Assembly (NCBI GenBank): GCA_947478175.1
Contig: CANJUQ010000007.1
Span: forward strand, 10,364 to 74,363
DNA from: Thiotrichales bacterium
Lineage (GTDB): Bacteria; Pseudomonadota; Gammaproteobacteria; Francisellales; CACEW01
Length of the DNA stretch: 64,000 nucleotides
Reading direction: 5' to 3'
Made by a program: the position numbers and the translations under genes. Below are positions 8,566-15,879 of this stretch, piece by piece. How positions within the stretch are numbered: the first letter of the stretch is position 1; each line of letters starts with the position of its first letter. The notes under the pieces were generated by a model. It was not told the origin of the DNA, searched no databases, and saw only the letters and a list, made by a program, of their open reading frames with translations.

Positions 8566-9336
8566 ATGAAAAAAATTATTTTAATTACGGGTGCGACTAG
8601 CGGGATTGGTCAGGCTTTGGCTGAGAAGTTAGCTGAGAAATTAGGCCCCGATTGTTACTTGATTTTATTAGCCCGAAGAAAAGAAAGATTAGAAAAATTA
8701 TCTGAGCAATTAAAAAATAAATTTAGCGCTCGTGTTTGTTTAATCGAAGCAGATGTTAGAAAGAAAAATCTAATAGAAAAAACGCTGAATGAGTTGCCTA
8801 AAGAATTTAAAAATATTGATGTCTTAGTGAATAATGCTGGATTGGCTTTATCCAGTGATCCCATTCAAAAAACTAATCCTGATGATTGGGATGTTGTGAT
8901 TGATACTAATTTAAAAGGCCTGCTCTATATGACCCATGCAGTATTACCAGGCATGTTAGAAAGAAACTCTGGGCATATTGTAAACATAGGCTCAGTGGCG
9001 GGGCATTTAAATTATCCCGGTGGGAATATTTATGCGGCAACGAAGCATGCGGTTAGGTCTTTAAGTCAAAGTTTAAGAATGGATTTACTGGGGACAAATC
9101 TGCGGGTGACGGATATTGCGCCCGGGGCGGTTCAGACAGAATTTTCAGAAGTTCGTTGGAAAGATAAAGCCAGGTCAGATGCTTTTTATGCGCAGTTCAC
9201 GCCGTTACAACCGGAAGATATTGCTGATGCGATTTGTTATGCAATTTCTTGTCCAGCTCATGTAAATATTGCTGAATTGGTAATTTATCCAACGCACCAG
9301 GCATCGCCGAATCATATCTATAAACCGTTTGTTTAA
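8566..9336 (+). CDS. SDR-family NADP-dependent oxidoreductase (YdfG-like)
   Basis: Contains TGATSGIG, NNAG and the YAATKHAV catalytic motif. Confidence 0.9.
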   Translation: MKKIILITGATSGIGQALAEKLAEKLGPDCYLILLARRKERLEKLSEQLKNKFSARVCLIEADVRKKNLIEKTLNELPKEFKNIDVLVNNAGLALSSDPIQKTNPDDWDVVIDTNLKGLLYMTHAVLPGMLERNSGHIVNIGSVAGHLNYPGGNIYAATKHAVRSLSQSLRMDLLGTNLRVTDIAPGAVQTEFSEVRWKDKARSDAFYAQFTPLQPEDIADAICYAISCPAHVNIAELVIYPTHQASPNHIYKPFV

Positions 9337-9356
9337 TGAGGTAGCTCTGCTAGTAT

Positions 9357-9374
9357 CTGACTAGACTGACTAGA
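9357..9374 (+). promoter_or_regulatory. Direct repeat CTGACTAGA x2 upstream of vapB (candidate antitoxin operator)
   Basis: A tandem 9-bp repeat lies about 25 nt upstream of the antitoxin start. The function is inferred only. Confidence 0.25.
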
Positions 9375-9400
9375 TTTAGCAATTATGAGGATATGTGCTC

Positions 9401-9652
9401 ATGGAATTAACACAATGGCAGCTTCAAAAAGCAAAAGCGCAATTTTCAGAGGTGATTAGATTGGCGAGAGAAGAGCCTCAAGAAATCATGTTAAGAGGAA
9501 AATCGGAAGCAGTCATTATCTCTAAAGAATTTTTTGATGCGTTGACTCAAAAGCCTGATTTTCTAGAATTCATGCGCTCTTCGCCATTATGTGGTGTGGA
9601 ATTAAATCTCGAGCGAGATAAATCCAAAATTCGTCGTCAGGTAAAATTATGA
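9401..9652 (+). CDS. vapB: Type II antitoxin, Phd/YefM-type VapB
   Basis: The pattern W.LQKAKAQFSEVIRLA...PQEI..RGK..AVIIS is typical of Phd/YefM antitoxins. There is a 4-bp ATGA overlap with the PIN toxin gene. Confidence 0.85.
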   Translation: MELTQWQLQKAKAQFSEVIRLAREEPQEIMLRGKSEAVIISKEFFDALTQKPDFLEFMRSSPLCGVELNLERDKSKIRRQVKL

Positions 9653-10062
9653 AATATTTAATCGATACCAATATTCTTTCAGAGTTAGTTAAGAAAAAAC
9701 CGGACCAACAAGTAATTCAGTGGTTTCAAAAGGGCTTAGATTCTTCGCTTTATTTAAGTGCCCTTACTTTGGGGGAGTTACGTAAAGGGATTGATTTATT
9801 GCCTCAATCAAAACGACGCCAAGAACTAGCCCATTGGCTTGAAAAAGATTTAGCAGATTGGTTTTGGAAGAGGATTCTCCCAATTGATGCAGTCGTAGCT
9901 GAATGCTGGGGGGCATTATTAGCTAAGGCAGATCGGCCGTTGTCAGCTATTGATAGTCTGATTGCTGCAACGGCTGTTTATAATGGGTGTACTTTAGTGA
10001 CCCGAAATACAAAAGATTTCAAGTCGTTCGAGACGTTAAAATTAATCAATCCATTTGAATAA
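9649..10062 (+). CDS. vapC: Type II toxin VapC (PIN-domain ribonuclease)
   Basis: Contains MKYLIDTNILSEL, a conserved D (IDSLIAATA) and LVTRNTKDF. Length is 137 aa. Confidence 0.9.
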   Translation: MKYLIDTNILSELVKKKPDQQVIQWFQKGLDSSLYLSALTLGELRKGIDLLPQSKRRQELAHWLEKDLADWFWKRILPIDAVVAECWGALLAKADRPLSAIDSLIAATAVYNGCTLVTRNTKDFKSFETLKLINPFE

Positions 10063-11238
10063 TTAGTTTTGATTTTCCCAGGCAATCATCCCGCCCGTTA
10101 AATTATAAACCTGAGTAAACCCTGCCTGAATAGAGCTCACCCCAGCCCGTTGGCTTCGTCCGCCTGATTTGCAATAAATAACGAGAGGCTGATTTTTATC
10201 AAGAGCAGAAAGTTGAGAAGATTCTGCTGTTAAAAATTCTAAAAAATTATTTAAGGGTATATGTATGCTGGGTTTGATATAGCTGATATCCCGTTCCCAA
10301 TTTTCTCGGACATCTAATAATTGAAAATTTTTATTCTCTTTATTCTCTTTATTTTTAGAGAGCCATTGAGAAAGTTGTTCAATGGTTATTGGGATTGGGT
10401 TATGTGAATTTAAATTATTTAAGTCGCATGTTTTAAAACTAGTTTGATCAAATCTATTTAATTCAGAAAATTTTTGATGATGAGAACAAATAGGACAATC
10501 TGGATTGGTTTCTAAAAGATAAGTATCTAATTTTGGAATCAAAGTGTCGTAAAGAATTAACTGAGATTTTGATTCTGGGAAATTTAAAATAATTTTAAAA
10601 GCTTCGCTGACGGCCATGGTTGCAAGAATACCGGGGACGACGCCTAAGACACCGGCCATTGCGCAGTTGGGGATGAGTTCTGGAGGGGGCGGGGCTGGAT
10701 ATAAACAGCGATAGCAGGCCTGAGTATTGGAAAGATTATTTTTAAAATTAAAAACAGCAATTTGGCCAGAGAATTGAAAAATACTGGCAGAAATTAGAGG
10801 GATCTTGAGTTCAGCACAGACATCGTTAGTGAGATATCTGGTTGGATAATTATCTGAGCCGTCAATCACTAGATCATAATTTTTAAAAATAGAGTGAGCG
10901 TTCAGAGGGGTTAATCTAATAGGGTGAGAAGAAATTTTAATATGGGGATTCTGAAGGGTTAGATGACTCAAAGCAGTGTCTGCTTTGGATTTTCCAAGAT
11001 CAGAAGTTTTATAAAGAATTTGTCTTTGTAGATTGGACAGATCAACGCAGTCGTCATCTAATATTCCCAAATGACCCATTCCGGCTGCTGCAAGATAAAA
11101 GGCGGCAGGTGAACCAATGCCACCTGCGCCGATTAAAAGAACTGAGCTGGCTTTCAGTTTTTCCTGACCTGAAAGTCCAATACGCTCTACGGCAAAATGC
11201 CTGGCATAGCGTTGTAATTCTTCCTGAGTAAACGCCAT
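10063..11238 (-). CDS. MoeB/ThiF-family E1-like adenylyltransferase fused to a C-terminal rhodanese domain (MoeZ/Uba4 type)
   Basis: Contains GAGGIGS (nucleotide loop), CYRC and CPIC (Zn site), NCAMAGVLG (catalytic Cys region) and the rhodanese loop YCKSGGRS. I prefer the start at MAFTQEELQRYARH (11238), which is preceded by GGAGG; the track start is 11268. It also contains an NKENKENK in-frame repeat. Confidence 0.9.
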   Translation of the reverse strand: MAFTQEELQRYARHFAVERIGLSGQEKLKASSVLLIGAGGIGSPAAFYLAAAGMGHLGILDDDCVDLSNLQRQILYKTSDLGKSKADTALSHLTLQNPHIKISSHPIRLTPLNAHSIFKNYDLVIDGSDNYPTRYLTNDVCAELKIPLISASIFQFSGQIAVFNFKNNLSNTQACYRCLYPAPPPPELIPNCAMAGVLGVVPGILATMAVSEAFKIILNFPESKSQLILYDTLIPKLDTYLLETNPDCPICSHHQKFSELNRFDQTSFKTCDLNNLNSHNPIPITIEQLSQWLSKNKENKENKNFQLLDVRENWERDISYIKPSIHIPLNNFLEFLTAESSQLSALDKNQPLVIYCKSGGRSQRAGVSSIQAGFTQVYNLTGGMIAWENQN

Positions 11239-11242
11239 TCCA

Positions 11243-11515
11243 TTACCCTCCTGAAACAGCAGCGACAAGATCGATCTTGCTTTCTGCTGTTAATAAAACC
11301 GGTTGATCTAATTTACTAGAGATCAACTGGCCATCTAAGTATAAATTTACAAATCCACAAAGCTTTCCGCTGGGTGTGAACACAATGGAGTGCAATTGGG
11401 GAACAACCTTCAAAAGTGAGCGTGATAATTGAGGGAGAGAATGGATCTCAATAACCAGCTCACTTTGTCCGGCGGTAAATTTCAAAAGGGCTTCTGGAAT
11501 CCTGACAATAGCCAT
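11243..11515 (-). CDS. ThiS/MoaD-family ubiquitin-like sulfur-carrier protein (C-terminal ...VSGG)
   Basis: A 90-aa protein ending in Gly-Gly directly before the stop, with a MoaD/CysO-like pattern (VNLYLDG..., IDLVAAVSGG). It lies 4 nt upstream of the E1 gene. Confidence 0.8.
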   Translation of the reverse strand: MAIVRIPEALLKFTAGQSELVIEIHSLPQLSRSLLKVVPQLHSIVFTPSGKLCGFVNLYLDGQLISSKLDQPVLLTAESKIDLVAAVSGG

Positions 11516-11531
11516 AACAAATTGACCGATC

Positions 11532-11612
11532 TTACAGAAGTGCTGCTGCAGTCAAAGAGACAAAGTTGTCATCATGAGCGACTGAGTTCAAAGCGATTGT
11601 ATGTAATTTCAT
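11532..11612 (-). CDS. Candidate 26-aa small ORF (MKLHTIALNSVAHDDNFVSLTAAALL)
   Basis: Not in the ORF track because it is too short; I read it by hand. GGAGG lies 6 nt upstream of the ATG. It sits 18 nt after the stop of the 447-aa ORF and 16 nt before the carrier-protein start. Confidence 0.45.
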   Translation of the reverse strand: MKLHTIALNSVAHDDNFVSLTAAALL

Positions 11613-11630
11613 AGTAAACCTCCGGTTATA

Positions 11631-12974
11631 TTAATTGTTACTGGTCGAGCGAACACGAATGCAGCCATTAAAGAAAATCGATTTCTCGGGAAAGTCGAGT
11701 AACTTTTCTGATGCAAACTTGCCCGCAAGCTTGAGAAAACGTTTGTCGTCTCGAGCAAGCTGACCAATGTCACTGATAATCCCATTTTCATTCGAGTGCG
11801 GATGAAAATAGTCAAATTCCACGTCTTTGAGCATTTTGTAGAGCGCCGTTCCTTTAAGCGAAATCGGCAATTGTTGTGAGAGCACCTTTTCTTTGAAGAG
11901 CCCTATGATCTCCTTAATTTCCTTTAGTTCTAGGATCGTTTTATTATTGCTCGCATTCTTTTGAGGAATGGAGTGAAGGAAAGTGTGTTTCTGTAGAGAA
12001 TAATAAATTGGCTTTAAATCATCATAAAAGCCTAGCTGCATGAAAAGCGGCCAGTAATAACGAATTCGGTAAACTTCTATGAGCGCTTTCATAAAACCAG
12101 AAATAGGACCGGCCATTTCAGTCACGCAAGGGGTATAAGCCGGTGCCTGTTTTAAGGCGACTTTTAAAACATGTTTAACGGTCTCTATGACAGGTGCAGA
12201 ATTTCTAATAGCTAGAGACAGAGAATCTTCCATGAAAATAGAAAAGACGAGATCATAAAATTGATAATTTCGGCTGAAAGCTGTTGCATCCCAGGCATAA
12301 TCAAGTAGGGTTTTTCTGAGTTTATGCGCCTCTTCCAAGGCGTCGACAAACTCTTTTGAAAAAAGCATGAGTTCGCATTCCCATTGACTACGGAAAGACT
12401 TGGATTCTGAGAGGGCTTTAAATAATTCCCATTGTTCTGAAAGTTCTTTAGGGCAAATAACGGTTGGAAGATGAAAGCGCTTACTTAAACGAGCGCTGTA
12501 TTGAAGATGTGCAATCGAAGGTAAAGTAATCAGTGAGCGACAGCCAGCTGTTGCTGATTGAGCTCCGACAATATGATGCGATGCGCCTTTTTCTTCAAAA
12601 ATAGTTAAAAGAGAAAAAGTGTTGCCAGCTTGTAAAAGTCTAAGCGGAATAGTGTGAGAAGGAATATCAACATGGGATTCAAACGTATTGTGTAAGACCA
12701 TGCCGAATGGAATTCCCATCCAGGTGTAATCTAATAATTCGCGAATTTCATGAGGAATGGCGCTGTTTTTATAATTCACAAAATCGCCATCGATATTTAA
12801 ATAAAATAAACCTTTGCGAATAATCGGTGCACCAAACGGATAAGTAGCAACGATGACTTTGAAATTCTCGACGCCTTTGATGGTGTCGATCTCACCACAG
12901 ATAGAGGGGTTGAGCGAGATGGCTTTCTCGCGAACTTCTTTCCAGGGCAGAATTTTGACGGTGTTACTATTCAT
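11631..12974 (-). CDS. Hypothetical 447-aa protein with no recognisable motif
   Basis: A long ORF. The preferred start, MNSNTVKILPWKEV, overlaps the stop of the upstream MFS gene by 8 nt (CATGAATAG). I see no P-loop, CxxxCxxC, HExxH or obvious PLP motif. Confidence 0.7.
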   Translation of the reverse strand: MNSNTVKILPWKEVREKAISLNPSICGEIDTIKGVENFKVIVATYPFGAPIIRKGLFYLNIDGDFVNYKNSAIPHEIRELLDYTWMGIPFGMVLHNTFESHVDIPSHTIPLRLLQAGNTFSLLTIFEEKGASHHIVGAQSATAGCRSLITLPSIAHLQYSARLSKRFHLPTVICPKELSEQWELFKALSESKSFRSQWECELMLFSKEFVDALEEAHKLRKTLLDYAWDATAFSRNYQFYDLVFSIFMEDSLSLAIRNSAPVIETVKHVLKVALKQAPAYTPCVTEMAGPISGFMKALIEVYRIRYYWPLFMQLGFYDDLKPIYYSLQKHTFLHSIPQKNASNNKTILELKEIKEIIGLFKEKVLSQQLPISLKGTALYKMLKDVEFDYFHPHSNENGIISDIGQLARDDKRFLKLAGKFASEKLLDFPEKSIFFNGCIRVRSTSNN

Positions 12975-14397
12975 GAGAACTACCGTGGTTATCATCATTC
13001 CGGCTTGAATAGTGCATCCAGAGTGTGATGGCACCCATTAAGATAAAGGCGACGAAAAAGGCACAGCCTTGGATCGCACAAAGGGGGATTTCACCTAACC
13101 AAGCAGGCACTGAAGAAGTCCCTGTTGTCATGGAGATAACATAGTAACCAATGACTAAGCCAGCAGCGCTACAAAGTTGCATGAGGCCTGAGTAATAACG
13201 TAATTCAGAAGGGTGTTTTGCTAATGAAATCATTTGAGAAATAAGCGCTGGCGCGAGTAAAAATTCACCGGCTCCAAACATCAGGATGACCATGATTACA
13301 TAGATGCTGGAAATATGTTGAAAGTTTTCACTGAGCAGTGACCCAACAATGGGAAGTAAAAACGCGATGCCTAGAACAAAAGTGCCTATTAAGAGATAAG
13401 AGTTGCTGGGAAGAAGTCTTTGCAAGTATTTGACAATTAATGTCCCCATTAAAATATTAGCGACAGGATCGAAGATATAGAAAAACAGGGAGGGCATTCT
13501 AGCGCCCCAGCCCGCAGAGATACCTGAGTGGCTAATAAAAACGCCAAAGCTGACAAAGAGAACGACGATAGAGGCGGTATAACAAAGATTGCCAATCGAA
13601 GTTGATAATAATTTTAGAGAATCTCTTGAGCTGAGTTTTCCGAAGATAAATTCCCAAGAAAAAAATAACACAAAAGAGCTGAGAATGATCAGACGGGCTA
13701 AAAAAGCTTCCGTCAAAAGAGAAAAGACAGAGATTGCCATAAGAATAATAATAGCGGGTAACCATAATGGACTTTTGAGCGACGTTGTTCCTTCAGCAGG
13801 GCTTATTTCAACAAATGAACGCTTGTGGGTTTCTATTAGGTGCAGTGAAAACAAAATGGAAATACAGCTTAATAAATAGAGTACTGGATATTCTGCAGAA
13901 GGAAGCAGCTGTGAAAGAAAAGCAGACAACCATGAACCGATTAATAATCCTAGAAGTGCACCTGAATTAAGATAAAGAGCGATTTTTTGATTGAAATAGG
14001 TGCGTGTTTTATCGTCATTGGCATAAGCATTGGTAAGTGCTTGGAAATTGACTAGGTAAAGGCTAATTCCAGTAACGTACAGAGCAATGCCTATCAAGAT
14101 GGCTATTTCAAAATAACAAAGTGTTGAAATAATAAAAGTACCAACGACTGCCATAAACCCCCCAATCATGACTAATTTGGCATGAGCTGGGGCAGGGATT
14201 TTTCTCAAAATAAAACCCCAAAAGAAACCACAAAGAACTTGCAAGGCAAATGCTGAGGTGACAATTGTAAAGCTTGTATCGAGTGAAAGATGATTTTGAG
14301 AAAGAAATAAGGCAAGTGAGTACCTGATTGAAATGTAACCAACCATCATCATGGCGGCGTGAAGCATGAATGTTTTTAAGCTTTTTGGAGTTTCCAT
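12967..14397 (-). CDS. MFS-type polytopic membrane transporter
   Basis: A 476-aa protein with about 12-14 hydrophobic segments along its whole length. It is the first gene of the five-ORF minus-strand cluster. Confidence 0.75.
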   Translation of the reverse strand: METPKSLKTFMLHAAMMMVGYISIRYSLALFLSQNHLSLDTSFTIVTSAFALQVLCGFFWGFILRKIPAPAHAKLVMIGGFMAVVGTFIISTLCYFEIAILIGIALYVTGISLYLVNFQALTNAYANDDKTRTYFNQKIALYLNSGALLGLLIGSWLSAFLSQLLPSAEYPVLYLLSCISILFSLHLIETHKRSFVEISPAEGTTSLKSPLWLPAIIILMAISVFSLLTEAFLARLIILSSFVLFFSWEFIFGKLSSRDSLKLLSTSIGNLCYTASIVVLFVSFGVFISHSGISAGWGARMPSLFFYIFDPVANILMGTLIVKYLQRLLPSNSYLLIGTFVLGIAFLLPIVGSLLSENFQHISSIYVIMVILMFGAGEFLLAPALISQMISLAKHPSELRYYSGLMQLCSAAGLVIGYYVISMTTGTSSVPAWLGEIPLCAIQGCAFFVAFILMGAITLWMHYSSRNDDNHGSSHE

Positions 14398-14624
14398 CGT
14401 TCGGTACTCTCATTCCATTGATATCGTAAAAATGAATGTCATAAGACATTTAATTCAATAAAACATATTGGTTTAAATGTTAAATTCGGGTGGACTTTAA
14501 CCGAAGAAAAAAACTGTTACAACAGCGCACGCAATTTTTTTTTTAAAAATCTTTGTGTCATCGGGTTTTTATTTTTTTGATGTTAAACATCTATTCTAAA
14601 ATTTTATTTAGCGACCCCATTCGC

Positions 14625-15704
14625 TCATAAAATTACGCCACCGCCCAAGCAAATATTCTCTTGGTATAAAACCACTGATTGACCCGGTGTAATAGCCCTC
14701 TGGGGGATTTCAAAAACAATATGGGCTTGCGAATTTTTAATTAAAACCTGGCAAGACTGATCGACTTGGCGATATCGGGTTTTAGCTTTGGCAGCAAAAC
14801 GCGTGCCATCTTTTGGAGAGATTCCGCTAATCCAAGTCAGTTGAGAGGCGATGAGATTATTAGAAAGTAAAAGCGGGTGATCATGATCTTGTACGCAGAT
14901 CAATTGATTGTTCTGGACATCTTTGCGAGCGACATACCAGGGAGATTCTTTAGCGTTTTTTACGCCTCCAATATGTAATCCAGAGCGCTGCCCTAGGGTG
15001 TAATACATGAGGCCATCATGTTGGCCAATGATTTGGTTTTTATCATTAATAATAGAGCCGGGTTGGTGGGGTAAATATTTTGATAAAAATTCTTTGAATC
15101 TTTTCTCACCAATAAAACAAATGCCTGTTGAATCTTTTTTTTCAAAAGTGATTAATCCTGCTTTTTGGGCGATTTTTCTGACTTCTGTTTTTTCTAAGTG
15201 GCCAATAGGAAAAATAGATTTCTGTAAGGCTTGCTGTGAAATGGCATATAAAAAATAAGACTGATCTTTATTAGAATCCAAGCCTTTTAATAATCTGGAA
15301 AGACCATTGGATAAATCTAGATCTATCCGGGTGTAATGACCCGTTGCGATATATTCAAAATCAAGAGACTGGGCAAAATCTAAGAAGGCCTTAAATTTAA
15401 TTTCGCGATTGCACAGAATATCTGGATTGGGGGTTCTATAGGCTTGGTATTCAGCTAGAAAATATTCAAAGACATGATCCCAGTATTCACTGGCAAAATT
15501 AATGGTCAATAGAGGAATATTTAATTTATCTGCGATGGCTTGAGCGTCTTTTAGATCTTGAGCAGCAGCGCAATAACTATCCGTATCATCTTCTTCCCAG
15601 TTTTTCATAAAACAAGCTGTGACGTCATGGCCTTGTTCTTTGAGTAATAAAGCACTGACCGAAGAATCAACGCCACCGGAGAGACCAACGAGGATACGAG
15701 CCAT
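14625..15704 (-). CDS. mnmA: tRNA-specific 2-thiouridylase MnmA
   Basis: Contains the [13 protein letters not shown]-loop, ATGHY, KDQSYFL and STGICFIGE motifs. The start is taken at [11 protein letters not shown]; the track ORF extends to 15782. Confidence 0.95.
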   Translation of the reverse strand: MARILVGLSGGVDSSVSALLLKEQGHDVTACFMKNWEEDDTDSYCAAAQDLKDAQAIADKLNIPLLTINFASEYWDHVFEYFLAEYQAYRTPNPDILCNREIKFKAFLDFAQSLDFEYIATGHYTRIDLDLSNGLSRLLKGLDSNKDQSYFLYAISQQALQKSIFPIGHLEKTEVRKIAQKAGLITFEKKDSTGICFIGEKRFKEFLSKYLPHQPGSIINDKNQIIGQHDGLMYYTLGQRSGLHIGGVKNAKESPWYVARKDVQNNQLICVQDHDHPLLLSNNLIASQLTWISGISPKDGTRFAAKAKTRYRQVDQSCQVLIKNSQAHIVFEIPQRAITPGQSVVLYQENICLGGGVIL

Positions 15705-15879
15705 ATCTAAAAACCTGTTTGTATATTTATTTTTAATTTTAAAAAAGATCAAAATTGTCTCAAAGGATGGGGTGATTAACAATTTTTATAAATTTTTTTA
15801 GTTGTCATGTCAGAAGTGATTGATCCGCATGATACTGATCTCTATGATTCGCACCAACGAGTTTGGCGGAGTTAATAAG

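Noticed and set aside
10063-11515. Calling the carrier/E1 pair simply moaD/moeB of molybdopterin synthesis
   Set aside because: No moaA/B/C/E or mog/moeA genes are nearby, and the pair is embedded in an operon with an unknown protein and a transporter. Moco function cannot be excluded without the whole genome, so no gene symbols are assigned.
11429-11815. ORFs 11429-11614 (+) and 11609-11815 (-) around the small-ORF region
   Set aside because: Both overlap the carrier-protein or 447-aa coding frames out of frame or antisense, and both lack an SD. The hand-read 26-aa ORF with GGAGG is the better explanation of the spacer.
13532-14449. ORFs 13532-13765 (-), 13589-13879 (+), 13785-13970 (+) and 14108-14449 (-) within the MFS gene
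   Set aside because: They are alternative-frame or antisense shadows of a continuous membrane-protein ORF.
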